A stretch of DNA of 64,000 nt from an uncultured Eubacteriales bacterium (GCA_900316745.1 ONEB01000011.1:6105-70104), one strand, 5' to 3'. Shown: positions 1-9,249, numbered from the stretch's first letter. Translations and numbers: made by a program. The notes: generated by a model not told the origin, from the sequence alone.

Positions 1-1108
1 CCAGCCGGCTCACACAGCGCCAGACGATTCGTTTTCTTCCTCCACTCGTCCAGGTGCAGCGCTTATATCGGCTGCCGCACTCTCCACAGATCAGGACATC
101 GGTGAGAGCATATCGGGAATGACGGCCAGAAGCTGTTATCGCCCTTTTGTGTGACTGAGGAGATTTTGCATTTCTCCGGCTCATCTCCTCCTGAGTGCGG
201 TTGAAAATCTCACGGCTGATGATTGCAGGGTGGCTGTTCTCCACGAGATACATGGGCGCCTCGCCCTCGTTCTTTTTCCGGACCTTGGAGATGCAGTCAA
301 CCGTCACCGTTTTCTGCAGAATGCAGTCACCACAGTACCGTTCGTTTTTCAGAATGTTTCGTATCATCCCCAGGCTGAAATCGATCTCCTTTCCGGGAAT
401 GTCAATATGCTCCGACTGAAGTGCATTGGATATGCTGCGCAGCGTTTCTCCGGCAAGATACATCCGGAAGATTCGCTTCACGATCTCCGCTTCCTCAGGG
501 ACGATCTCCGGCTCTCCGTCATCTCCTCTGCGGTAGCCCAACCACTTTTTATAGGAGAAGGAAGGTTTTCCCTCCTCGTATTTTTTCCGAACACTCCATG
601 TGACGTTCCTGCTGATGCTCTCTGATTCGGACTGCGCAAACCCGGCATAGATGACCAGATACAGCTCACTATCGCTTTTCAGGGTATCAATGTTCTGTTC
701 CTCAAAGTAGATCCCGATCCCGTGCGCTCTGAGCATTCTCACATACTCAAGGCATTCCACGGTGTTGCGTGCAAAGCGAGACACGGATTTTGTAATGATG
801 TAGTCGATCTTCCCTGCCAGGCAGGCTTGGATCATTTTCTTGAATTCATCACGTTTCTTCGCAAGCGTTCCGGTAATGCCTTCGTCCGCATACAGCCCGG
901 CAAACTCCCACTCAGGCTTCGCGGCGATCATTTCGGTATAGACGCGCTTCTGATTGGCATAGGAATTGAGCTGCTCTTCACTGTCCGTGGACACACGGCA
1001 GTAGGCGGCCACGCGTTTTTGCCTATGCTTCTCTTTGTCCACGATCATCGTCTTTTTCGGTTCGATGACCATGACCCGACGCTTGGGTATTTTCTGAACA
1101 CCCATCAT
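1..1108 (-). CDS. Large serine recombinase, N-terminal 369 aa (C-terminus lies outside the window)
   Basis: Absent from the ORF track because no stop falls in the window. My reverse-complement translation from the ATG at 1108 gives MMGVQKIPKRRVMVIEPKK...RVAAYCRVSTDSEEQLNSYANQ...YADEGITGT...ITKSVSRFARNT...LICGECGSRYKRCTW (resolvase catalytic Ser motif, recombinase domain, zinc ribbon). SD GGAGGAG lies upstream. Confidence 0.9.
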   Translation of the reverse strand, partial: MMGVQKIPKRRVMVIEPKKTMIVDKEKHRQKRVAAYCRVSTDSEEQLNSYANQKRVYTEMIAAKPEWEFAGLYADEGITGTLAKKRDEFKKMIQACLAGKIDYIITKSVSRFARNTVECLEYVRMLRAHGIGIYFEEQNIDTLKSDSELYLVIYAGFAQSESESISRNVTWSVRKKYEEGKPSFSYKKWLGYRRGDDGEPEIVPEEAEIVKRIFRMYLAGETLRSISNALQSEHIDIPGKEIDFSLGMIRNILKNERYCGDCILQKTVTVDCISKVRKKNEGEAPMYLVENSHPAIISREIFNRTQEEMSRRNAKSPQSHKRAITASGRHSRYALTDVLICGECGSRYKRCTWTSGGRKRIVWRCVSRL

Positions 1109-1109
1109 A

Positions 1110-1973
1110 TCACTCCTCCGTGGTTACAACCATATTGGTTTTCGTATGCAGGGTGACATCACCCTGCGAATTCAGCGTTATATAGGACACAAGATCCGAG
1201 AAGTACGCACAGTTGAATGTGTCCTGCGGATGCATCATCCGTACTCGGTGGAGCGCTATTCTCGCAGCAACCTGCTCCTTTGCCTGCCCTTCGCGATAGA
1301 GCTGCGAAGCAACATCACGAATCTTTTCCAGAATATATTCCTCACTGGGCTGCTCCCGCTCCAGCTCCTTTTGCAGCTCCTGCCGCAAATGCGTCACTAC
1401 AGGCGAATCAGATCTCCTTGCTTTCTGCTTTGGCAGCATCAGTGAAGCGTTTCGGATGATGCGATTCATGATTACCGTAATCTTCATCAGAAGATCAGTA
1501 TCGCTGATACGAACGCGGCATCCGCAATCCGGCTTCGTACACACCCAGCTCTGCTTGACATAGCTTTTGGAGCAGACATGCCGGGTCATGACGCTGTTGC
1601 AGGCATCGCATCGAACCCGATTGCGCAGGAGTGCGATGGCAGCGTTCTCCTGTCTCGTCTGGCAGGATTGCCGGGCAGCTTTCGTTGCGATTGCTTCATG
1701 GTACAGCGCATCTTCAATGATCGGATCATAGCCGTCATCTCCGATGTACCTCGTGTTTTCCAATATCCTTGCGATCCGCGCCTTATCCCAATTGGTAGTT
1801 TTCTCGGTATATGGAACCTTTCTGGCAGTCAGCTCCGACGCCAAGGCTTTCAAGGAAGCACCTCTTGTGTACTCCTCGAAGATCTGACGGATGATCTCCG
1901 CCTCGGTATGATTGATCACTGTGTGACCATTTCTCACCGTGTAGCCATATGGGATGTAGCGCGTTTTCTTCAT
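1110..1973 (-). CDS. Recombinase-domain protein with no resolvase catalytic domain (recombinase domain, Cys-rich ribbon and coiled-coil tail only)
   Basis: Starts MKKTRYIPYGYTV..., which aligns to the post-catalytic PYGY segment of the neighbouring 513-aa recombinase. Contains CDACNS...CTKPDCGC. Has its own SD (AGGAGA) before the ATG at 1973. The track ORF is extended to 2006. Confidence 0.75.
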   Translation of the reverse strand: MKKTRYIPYGYTVRNGHTVINHTEAEIIRQIFEEYTRGASLKALASELTARKVPYTEKTTNWDKARIARILENTRYIGDDGYDPIIEDALYHEAIATKAARQSCQTRQENAAIALLRNRVRCDACNSVMTRHVCSKSYVKQSWVCTKPDCGCRVRISDTDLLMKITVIMNRIIRNASLMLPKQKARRSDSPVVTHLRQELQKELEREQPSEEYILEKIRDVASQLYREGQAKEQVAARIALHRVRMMHPQDTFNCAYFSDLVSYITLNSQGDVTLHTKTNMVVTTEE

Positions 1974-1984
1974 GATGGTATCTC

Positions 1985-3526
1985 CTAAATCAGCTCGGTA
2001 AAGCACAGTCCGCCGAGCAGGATGACCGCGAGCATATCGTCTTTGTTGATGCTCATCTCCGTAACGACTTCCGAGAACAGTTTTTCATCGAAGACCTCCA
2101 GTGGCGCGTCCAGCTCGTTCAGAAGTTCCTTTAATTTGCTTACCTCGGTGCGCATACTCTGAAGATGAGAGTCCAGTTCCCCTTTTCGCGCAGCTCGAAG
2201 CGAACGGATTTGAGACTGAAGCTCCCTGCTCTGCGCCTGGAAGACCTCAGGTGCCAGATAGCCTTTGGACCGAAGCTGATCAAGCATCACCTGTTTTGCA
2301 TTGAGCCCCGCAATCTCCTGACTCATCTGGTGGGCATTCTGGTTTTTTCGCTTATATGCATCCTGGGCAGTATCGAGCATGCTCATCACCTGCTGAATGA
2401 TGTCTGCTTCCCCAAAGCGAAGATGATTGATGATGGTAATTACGCCATCATAGATTCTGTCCTCTGCGTAGTAATAGGATCGGCAGGCGGACGCATCTTC
2501 CTCGTGCCGGGAGCAGACCCATTTCACAACACCGGACTGCACCTTGCGCCGATAGAATGAGCCGCATTCGGAACACCGAATGCGGCTCGTAAGCGGATAT
2601 GTCGTTCTGACACTGGTTTTCTTAAACTGTTCTCTGCGCTGCTCCAGCAGCTTCTTTGCTCGGTCAAAGGTTTCTTTATCTATGATCGGCTCGTGTGTAT
2701 CTGTGGCGTAGTACATATCTACCTCGCCGTGATTGATACGTTTGGGGAACGGGATCATGGTATCATTATAGGTTTTCTGAAACAAACTGTCTCCGATATA
2801 TTTTTCATTGGAGAGAATGTAAGCAATCACGCGGGGATTCCATTCCTGATTGCCGCTCTTGGTCGGCACTCCCTGTTCCGTCAACGCACGGGAGATTTCA
2901 CGCACAGAGCGGCCGTTCAGATAAAGCCGGAAGATTTCCCGAATGATCTTTGCCTCCGGCTCGTAAACGCACAGTTTTTTCTGAACCAGCCGATAACCAT
3001 ACGGAGCATTGCTGTCCACATATTCTCCCCGCTCCATCCGCTTCACGATGGAGTTTCGCAGGTTCTGGGAGATGGACTTGGATTCCTCCTGTGCGATCGC
3101 CGTGAAGAGGTTGAGGAGCATTTCATCTCCAAGGGAGAGTGTATTGATGCCCTCCTCTTCAAACTGTACCCCGATTCCGAGCAGCTTCAGTCTCCGAGTG
3201 CATTCCAGCGCTTCTTTCACATTGCGCGCGAATCTCGCCACGGATTTTGTGATGATCAGATTGATCTGGTGATGCTCACACATCTGAATCATCCGCAGGA
3301 ACTCCGGTCTTTTCTCTGCGGACATTCCGGTAATTCCCTCGTCCGCAAAAATCTCTACCAGCTCCCACTTCGGGTTTCGTCGGATCATCTCCGTATAGGT
3401 TTTAATCTGCCTTGCATAGGAATTGCGCTGGTCGGCAGAATTGGTGGATACTCTGCAATAGGCAGCGACCCGCAGCGTCTGAACACCCTGCCTGGTTACC
3501 GGTGCAATCAGCTTTGCATTCGGCAC
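1985..3526 (-). CDS. Large serine recombinase (full length, 513 aa)
   Basis: RVAAYCRVSTNSADQ catalytic Ser motif, ADEGITG, ITKSVARFARN, PYGYRL recombinase domain, CSECGSFYRR...WVCSRH zinc ribbon. GTG start with GGAAGGAG upstream. Confidence 0.9.
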   Translation of the reverse strand: MPNAKLIAPVTRQGVQTLRVAAYCRVSTNSADQRNSYARQIKTYTEMIRRNPKWELVEIFADEGITGMSAEKRPEFLRMIQMCEHHQINLIITKSVARFARNVKEALECTRRLKLLGIGVQFEEEGINTLSLGDEMLLNLFTAIAQEESKSISQNLRNSIVKRMERGEYVDSNAPYGYRLVQKKLCVYEPEAKIIREIFRLYLNGRSVREISRALTEQGVPTKSGNQEWNPRVIAYILSNEKYIGDSLFQKTYNDTMIPFPKRINHGEVDMYYATDTHEPIIDKETFDRAKKLLEQRREQFKKTSVRTTYPLTSRIRCSECGSFYRRKVQSGVVKWVCSRHEEDASACRSYYYAEDRIYDGVITIINHLRFGEADIIQQVMSMLDTAQDAYKRKNQNAHQMSQEIAGLNAKQVMLDQLRSKGYLAPEVFQAQSRELQSQIRSLRAARKGELDSHLQSMRTEVSKLKELLNELDAPLEVFDEKLFSEVVTEMSINKDDMLAVILLGGLCFTELI

Positions 3527-3615
3527 ACGACCAGCTCCTTCCTGTCAAGTTTGGTTTTGTTAAACACACATTATATTCATGAAATCCAAAAAGTCTATCT
3601 TTATTTTTGTAAAAC

Positions 3616-3774
3616 TCAGTGAAGAATGATAATGTCCGCACCGGTCAGGCGACGATAGTATTTCTTTGCGCGGCAATACTCTTTTTCCGTGATAACCTTG
3701 GTATCCCGCAGATACTTGAGCGCCGCCACAATACGAATAAAATTCGCGCTTTTCTTCTGGGTTTCCGTAAGCAT
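3616..3774 (-). CDS. Small conserved-looking protein (52 aa), translationally coupled to the helicase
   Basis: Below the track cutoff. Manual translation: MLTETQKKSANFIRIVAALKYLRDTKVITEKEYCRAKKYYRRLTGADIIILH. The ATG sits 1 nt after the helicase TGA (TGATATG). Confidence 0.5.
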   Translation of the reverse strand: MLTETQKKSANFIRIVAALKYLRDTKVITEKEYCRAKKYYRRLTGADIIILH

Positions 3775-3775
3775 A

Positions 3776-5713
3776 TCATTCCCTCCGATCATGAAAATAC
3801 GAGTCCGGTTTTACAGAGCGCATAAACGCCCGAAGCTCCTTGATGGAATACACCTGCGGGTACTGCGCCAGTGCCTGCTTCACTCGTTTTTCATGGCGGC
3901 TCATGGTCGCACGGGTATCCAGAATAGCAATCACGCCGGTATCCGTCTCGCTGCGGATCAGACGCCCCGCGCCCTGGCGGAGCTTGATCAGCATCTCCGG
4001 AACTGCGTAATCGTTCACGAAATCGCGCACCGAATCATAGCGGCTGCGCTTCAGTTCCATGACGGCTGACCTCTGTGGAAACGGAAGCCGGACAATGATC
4101 AGTGATGAAAGGCAATCCCCTACACAATCCACGCCCTCCCACATGCTTCCGGAAGCAAAGAGAACACCGTTCCGGCTGCGGCGAAAGGTATCAATCGCAG
4201 TGCGATTGCTTCTCGTCATGCAAATCACGTCGTAGTCCCGCAGACGCTCTGCGGTCAACTCGTGCACCCGCTGGAGCGCGCGGTAAGATGTAAAAAGAAT
4301 TGCCGTATGTCCGCAGGTCGCCCGAACCAGCCGCACGATACGCTTTGAAACCTCACGAAAGTAAGATTCACTGTTATCCGGCCACGGGAGTCCTTTTGCA
4401 AGATAGAGTCGGGCCTGGTGTTGATAGTCAAACGGAGACGGAAACATGCGTTCCTCGATGCGATCCGGAAGCAGTCTGTTCAATCCATGCTCCTGCTTAT
4501 AAAAGCGGAAGTCCCTGCCATCGCTCAGCGTGCCGGACAGGAGAACATGGTGCTTTCGGTATGTCCAAACGCATGTCTCAAACTCCGCGTTCAGATTCTT
4601 TGGACAGCCGCAGAGGGTAAGACTGTCATTTTCATCCATCTCGACCCATGTTGTGATAAAGCTCTTCTGGCGCAGCACCTCGAGCGAAGTCGTAATACGG
4701 CCGATATCCATGCTGTACCCGCCGAAGCCGGAGCGCATTCGTTCCAGTCTTTCAAGCGTATCAATCAGCGTATGGATCACGTCCAGACAGCCTGCGTTCA
4801 AATCTACGATGCTGTGTCCATCCGAAGTCACTTCCTCTTCGTGGTACCGCGTCCGAAGCCAGGAAAAGAGCATATCATTGAGCTCCATTGCTTCGCTCTG
4901 CTCCATCTTATAAAAGGTCTGCTTTGTCCGGTCTCTGCACAGCGTCTTGCTCCAATTCAGATAATTGGGTATATCCTTTTCAGAGATGCTGGCGCCGAAT
5001 GCGCTTTGTGCGGCCTCTTTCAGCTTGTGCGCTTCATCCACGACGATGAGACTGCTCGGGCGGAGCAGCTTCGGATTGGTTCGGGACATCAGGTAAAGAT
5101 TATGATTTGTCACCTGAAATGAAAGTGGTCGGTTGACGTCCTGTGCATACCGCAGGAAATGCACATATTTACAGTTTGCGCACAGAGGGCAATGTCGGCA
5201 TCCGCCATGAACATTGATCGCGTCTTTCACATGACCCGGCAGATCCAGTTCATCCAGATCAAAAGCACCTGACACCCGATCTGACAGTCGGCTTGCGGCA
5301 GAAGGCTGGATACTGCCAAGATAATCCTGATAACGCTGCAGGCAGAAGTAATGCTCTTTCCCTTTCCGTAGTACCGTTGTCAATGGCTGGTGAATCATTC
5401 TTGCGCACAGCAGAATTCGAGAGAGCTGCGGGATTTCGCGCTCTACCAGAGCGGTCTGCAGCTCAATGCTTGACGTCGTAATAGTTATTGGTGCAGGATC
5501 CGTTTTATTCCCTTCCAGAGCTGCAACTCCCGCGACCAAATACGCAAGGGTCTTCCCTGTTCCAACCTCAGATTCCAATAAAGAAACCTGCTTGTTGCAG
5601 AATCCATGGTAGACCGCCAGGCTCAACTGAATCTGATCCTCCCGCACAACATATCCGTGCTTCGGGAGGATCACTCTGAAAATCCGGTCGATGATTGATT
5701 CGCCGTGATTCAA
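3776..5713 (-). CDS. DinG/XPD(Rad3)-family DEAH helicase with a putative 4Fe-4S cysteine cluster
   Basis: Walker A SEVGTGKT, DEAH box VVDEAHKL, Cys cluster HYFC...GGCRHCPLCANCKY, C-terminal helicase motifs (SGSMWEGVD, QGAGRLIR). Likely TTG start at 5713, 7 nt after AGGAGG; the track ORF is extended to 5761. Confidence 0.85.
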   Translation of the reverse strand: MNHGESIIDRIFRVILPKHGYVVREDQIQLSLAVYHGFCNKQVSLLESEVGTGKTLAYLVAGVAALEGNKTDPAPITITTSSIELQTALVEREIPQLSRILLCARMIHQPLTTVLRKGKEHYFCLQRYQDYLGSIQPSAASRLSDRVSGAFDLDELDLPGHVKDAINVHGGCRHCPLCANCKYVHFLRYAQDVNRPLSFQVTNHNLYLMSRTNPKLLRPSSLIVVDEAHKLKEAAQSAFGASISEKDIPNYLNWSKTLCRDRTKQTFYKMEQSEAMELNDMLFSWLRTRYHEEEVTSDGHSIVDLNAGCLDVIHTLIDTLERLERMRSGFGGYSMDIGRITTSLEVLRQKSFITTWVEMDENDSLTLCGCPKNLNAEFETCVWTYRKHHVLLSGTLSDGRDFRFYKQEHGLNRLLPDRIEERMFPSPFDYQHQARLYLAKGLPWPDNSESYFREVSKRIVRLVRATCGHTAILFTSYRALQRVHELTAERLRDYDVICMTRSNRTAIDTFRRSRNGVLFASGSMWEGVDCVGDCLSSLIIVRLPFPQRSAVMELKRSRYDSVRDFVNDYAVPEMLIKLRQGAGRLIRSETDTGVIAILDTRATMSRHEKRVKQALAQYPQVYSIKELRAFMRSVKPDSYFHDRRE

Positions 5714-6192
5714 ATAATCTCCTCCTATGTTGGCGACAGAATGGTATGCAGAAGGACGCAAGCGCCCTTCTGCACAATCGTTCCATCGCCAAAATAAATT
5801 TGGTAATGTTCTTGATGATTCGTCGCATTTTTCTCAGCCCCCGACGATATGGGGAGATTCAGAGCTCCTTTCAGCGCGCAAGGATCATATATGGCATTGA
5901 GGACGTTCGTTCCAGCCCAAAACGACCATATCCCGCCTTCCAGCGGGCTGTGTACTGCACAGAAGTATCATTATTTCCGCTCCCGGTCATTGCCTGCAGC
6001 GCAGTGCTGTTCCTGCGCTGTCCGTGGCAGATGTTTTTCGCTCACTCAGAATTGAGATCCTGGCGCATATGCTCGGCGGCTTTCCTCTCGGCAGAAGCGG
6101 TAACGTACTCTGAATCCCGATATCGACTTTTCAAGGTTCAGCGAAGACGTGCAAAGCATGTCCCTTCACTAAACGCCGATTTCGATTCGGTT

Positions 6193-6687
6193 TTAGCCCC
6201 TGTTTTTCGCTTTCTTAAAAAATTTTTTGATTCTTTTTTCCGCAGCCAGCAGAGATTTTGAGATTCTGCTTTGCCCGACAGACTCCAGATCCGCAATTTT
6301 TTGCTCTGTGAGACCACTCACATGGTACAGCCAGAGTCTGCGGAACTGCTTCTCTGTTACCACGCCTCGGATTTGCAGCACGGTTTCGGCTGCATACTGT
6401 TTCTGCTTTCGCCGCTTGTCTCGTCGGATTGCCGCTGCTTCCGGCGACGGAGTCTCGGTGGCTTGCTCGATCAACAAAGTTTGTGAAACCATATGATTGC
6501 TGTAAATATGGTCTGCTTTTTCTTCCGTGTGGTAGCTTTCGTCCGACCACTCCTTCCATTTCATGAATTCCTCTTCCGTGTCGAAATCTTCACGGGTCAG
6601 TCGGACAATCTGATAATTTGCGTCGATATATACGATAGCATCTCTGTCCTTCTTATTCAGGGCATAGCTGGATTTAGGATTCAGCAA
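6193..6687 (-). CDS. Sigma-70 region-4-like HTH protein (ICE regulatory protein)
   Basis: C-terminal TEKQFRRLWLYHVSGLTEQKIADLESVGQSRISKSLLAAEKRIKKF resembles a sigma region 4 HTH. TTG start preceded by GGAGG. Confidence 0.6.
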   Translation of the reverse strand: MLNPKSSYALNKKDRDAIVYIDANYQIVRLTREDFDTEEEFMKWKEWSDESYHTEEKADHIYSNHMVSQTLLIEQATETPSPEAAAIRRDKRRKQKQYAAETVLQIRGVVTEKQFRRLWLYHVSGLTEQKIADLESVGQSRISKSLLAAEKRIKKFFKKAKNRG

Positions 6688-6695
6688 AATATGTA

Positions 6696-6730
6696 CCTCC
6701 GATCAAATTTTTTTGAAATTTGATCGGAGG
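6696..6730 (-). promoter_or_regulatory. Perfect 15-bp inverted repeat (5-nt spacer) that includes the SD of the sigma-like gene
   Basis: cctccgatcaaattt-ttttg-aaatttgatcggagg. In the mRNA sense the 3' arm carries GGAGG, 9 nt before the TTG start, and the 5' arm carries the anti-SD CCUCC. Confidence 0.6.
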
Positions 6731-6907
6731 CGGCGGGCTTCGGCAGCGCAGGCAAAACTCGCCGGATTTCATCGGCAAAATGCTGAATTTTATAAAAATC
6801 TTGTGAGAAACAAATAATTCGAGAAAAACGACAAAAAATAATCGACCGCTTTCCGCAAATCCACCTACCGTTCGATAGGAGAAGCTGTGGAAAGCGGTCG
6901 AAATAAA

Positions 6908-6958
6908 TTGGAGCGCAGACAATCTATGGATCGTCTGCGCTCCAATTTGTGGTTTTTG
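6908..6958. terminator. Strong stem-loop with flanking A and T tracts (probable bidirectional intrinsic terminator)
   Basis: ttggagcgcagac-(12 nt)-gtctgcgctccaa followed by tttgtggtttttgtg. An A-rich run lies upstream. Confidence 0.6.
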
Positions 6959-7069
6959 TGTTCTTCGTCTGGTGACGGGAGGATCACTTCCACCCACACC
7001 AGACAAGAGCAATCTGATATTCAATCATCGCATCCCCTTTTGGCGGGTGCGAATGATTGTATCAGACAA

Positions 7070-7107
7070 TTCCTCTCTTTTTCCTCTCTTTCTCCTCTCT
7101 TTTCCCT
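7070..7107 (+). repeat. 38-nt pure polypyrimidine (CT) tract
   Basis: ttcctctctttttcctctctttctcctctcttttccct, in the noncoding junction between cargo and ICE backbone. Confidence 0.8.
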
Positions 7108-7261
7108 ACAAATATCGCAACTTCAGACAAGACTCGACTTTGCCGAATTCAAAGTATTTCATCTTAAAGATTTACCTCTGCTGCATATGTTTTCATTGAA
7201 TCAAAGGCACAAGCCAGCCCTCCGGTCAGCTTATAGGCGCTTTCGATCTGTTCCCGTCTGG

Positions 7262-7918
7262 TCATGCGCTTTCTCCTTCATTCGTATTGGCTCTTTTCTT
7301 ATATCCGCAGTCGCAGTAGGGACCGCCGGATGCCAGCGTATACTCCCGCACAAATACCGATGCTCCGCCAGCCTCGCTCATGGTATAGTCCAGGCGGCAC
7401 ATGGCCGGAACGAGATCAAAGAGCCCCAGCTCCCGCATCAGCGTGCAGATGCCGCATTTTAAAAACCGTGCTTCATAGCCGCTGCCGTCCGGGTAAGGCA
7501 GATAGTCCATATTCCAGGAATAGGGGTTTCGGTCTGCGGCTCTCAAAGCGGCGGTTTCACGCATTCCCTGAATGTCCTTTTCGCTGAATTTCCGCTTCCC
7601 GCTCATCCGGCAAAACCACTTCATAGGAGCTGTCATCATGGATTCCTTATAATACTCCGTCGTCTTTTCAACCGTCGGCCTTTCCGGCAGATTCAGAAGA
7701 AAAGCGGACAGCATCGCACAATTGACAATATTCATCTGAAAGCGGTCCGCCTTCTCGAATTCCGGGAGACTCCGGATGATCTCCTTATATCTCGGTTTTG
7801 CTTTGTTGGTGATTGCCTTCGCCGTTTCAGGATCATAGCCGTAAACCGAAGATAAATGCTTCCGGAAGGATCTTGCAAACAGCGCCCACATGCCAAGCGG
7901 CATCCCCACGTATTTCAT
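7262..7918 (-). CDS. L-2-amino-thiazoline-4-carboxylic acid hydrolase-like protein (family assignment from memory)
   Basis: 218 aa with a Cys-containing C-terminus (FLKCGICTLMRELG...PAMCRLDY...GGPYCDCGYKK), typical of that family as I recall it. Confidence 0.5.
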   Translation of the reverse strand: MKYVGMPLGMWALFARSFRKHLSSVYGYDPETAKAITNKAKPRYKEIIRSLPEFEKADRFQMNIVNCAMLSAFLLNLPERPTVEKTTEYYKESMMTAPMKWFCRMSGKRKFSEKDIQGMRETAALRAADRNPYSWNMDYLPYPDGSGYEARFLKCGICTLMRELGLFDLVPAMCRLDYTMSEAGGASVFVREYTLASGGPYCDCGYKKRANTNEGESA

Positions 7919-7967
7919 ATTACTGGTCTCCTATGATTCCAAGCTTCATTTGTTCATTGCTCCTTCT

Positions 7968-8741
7968 TCATCGATCTGCGGGCATCTCCATGAATTCGTC
8001 AATCGCCTTCAGCACCGGCACGGTATATTGCTCTCCACCGAAGAGCCACTGTTCGTGCTGCATATCAAATTCCCGGATGTCCGGATCCCGGAAATATTTT
8101 TTATAGCGCTTCAGATACTTTTCGCCCATCTTGTTCGCGTAGATGAAGTGCACCTTCGTATTCTCCACATGGATATCGTCCTTCAGCCAGGTGAGCAGGT
8201 CGGTGTAATACTCGTTTTTGATGGACTCCGGATTGAATTTGGCAAAACAGCCCATGAAGCGGTCCGCCGTCTCATCGTTCATCTCAAAGAAGCCTTTGAG
8301 TTTTTCTCTGGTCTTTGCCATCTTTTTCTCGCTTTTGGTAAAGCTGGTCAGCAGCGGGACCACCAACTTGGACTGCAGCCAGGCGCTGATCTTTCCGCTC
8401 TGGTCCAGATCCGGGCTGCCGAAGATCCCGTGATCGATATGTACCTGTTCCCGCTGGATCAGCTGACCTACAAAGCTGCTGCCCAGAGATGAGCCGAGCG
8501 CCCCGTCCATGCGGCCGCCGAATTTTTCTTTGATGTACATCTCTATCTTCTCCGTGACCGTGATCATGTCGGGGAAAATGGTATCGCTTCCGTCAAAGCC
8601 ATCGTAATTGACGCAGATCAGGTGGTATTTCTTTCCCAGTCGATCCAGTACAGATCCAAAGTTCGTCTGATAATCGCAGGCCGTCCCCGGGAGCAGCATT
8701 AGGGTTTTTCCCGCCGGATTACCCATCTCAACAAATTGCAT
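7968..8741 (-). CDS. Alpha/beta hydrolase
   Basis: Nucleophile elbow GSSLG; N-terminal LMLLPG oxyanion-type segment; 257 aa. Confidence 0.75.
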   Translation of the reverse strand: MQFVEMGNPAGKTLMLLPGTACDYQTNFGSVLDRLGKKYHLICVNYDGFDGSDTIFPDMITVTEKIEMYIKEKFGGRMDGALGSSLGSSFVGQLIQREQVHIDHGIFGSPDLDQSGKISAWLQSKLVVPLLTSFTKSEKKMAKTREKLKGFFEMNDETADRFMGCFAKFNPESIKNEYYTDLLTWLKDDIHVENTKVHFIYANKMGEKYLKRYKKYFRDPDIREFDMQHEQWLFGGEQYTVPVLKAIDEFMEMPADR

Positions 8742-8754
8742 CGTTACACCCTCC

Positions 8755-9249
8755 TTATTTCAGGACCAAGGCCATGAGCCCGGAGAGAACAGCAGCGATG
8801 ACCGCCATGCCCACCGTCCCCATAATCCACTTCTGTTTTTTGTCCTTTGCCGTGATATACGGCCTTAAATCCTCCGTTCCCGGGATGATCCAATCCTTGG
8901 TATGCCCGACCCAATAATCGTCGATCAAAAAGCGGTCGATCAGATTCATAATGGACAGGATTACAAGCCCCTGCCAGAAGCCAGGCCAAAATCCCTGCGC
9001 ACCGTTAACGGCGTACACGCAGAGAAGCACGTAGATCAGATACCCCGGCAGACACAGGCCTTTGAAACGCACGCTTCGCTTCCGAATCTCGTCTCTGGTC
9101 GTCAGGCCAAGTGCGATGACGCGCTCCTGCACCTTTTGATCGTACAGATGGACCATTCCAACGGCGCCGTTCCGAATGCCGATCGCACAGATAAGATACA
9201 GCAGAAAGCCCAGAACGAGACCTTCCGCGATGAGTTTTACCACAAGCAT
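8755..9249 (-). CDS. Multi-pass membrane protein, paralogue family A (copy 1)
   Basis: 164 aa with several hydrophobic segments. Shares the motif LIDRFLIDDYW with AFDMIFIDWFLL of the 10577-11074 protein. Confidence 0.6.
   Translation of the reverse strand: MLVVKLIAEGLVLGFLLYLICAIGIRNGAVGMVHLYDQKVQERVIALGLTTRDEIRKRSVRFKGLCLPGYLIYVLLCVYAVNGAQGFWPGFWQGLVILSIMNLIDRFLIDDYWVGHTKDWIIPGTEDLRPYITAKDKKQKWIMGTVGMAVIAAVLSGLMALVLK

Noticed and set aside
195-1156. Several plus-strand ORFs (74-144 aa) at the window start
   Set aside because: They lie antisense to the partial serine recombinase gene, which the track omitted only because it has no stop inside the window.
5568-5828. 86-aa minus ORF at the helicase 5' end, and short candidate ORFs (30-39 aa) in the 5714-6192 intergenic region
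   Set aside because: The 86-aa ORF overlaps the helicase start region out of frame. The short ORFs lack convincing SD sequences. I could not support any of them.
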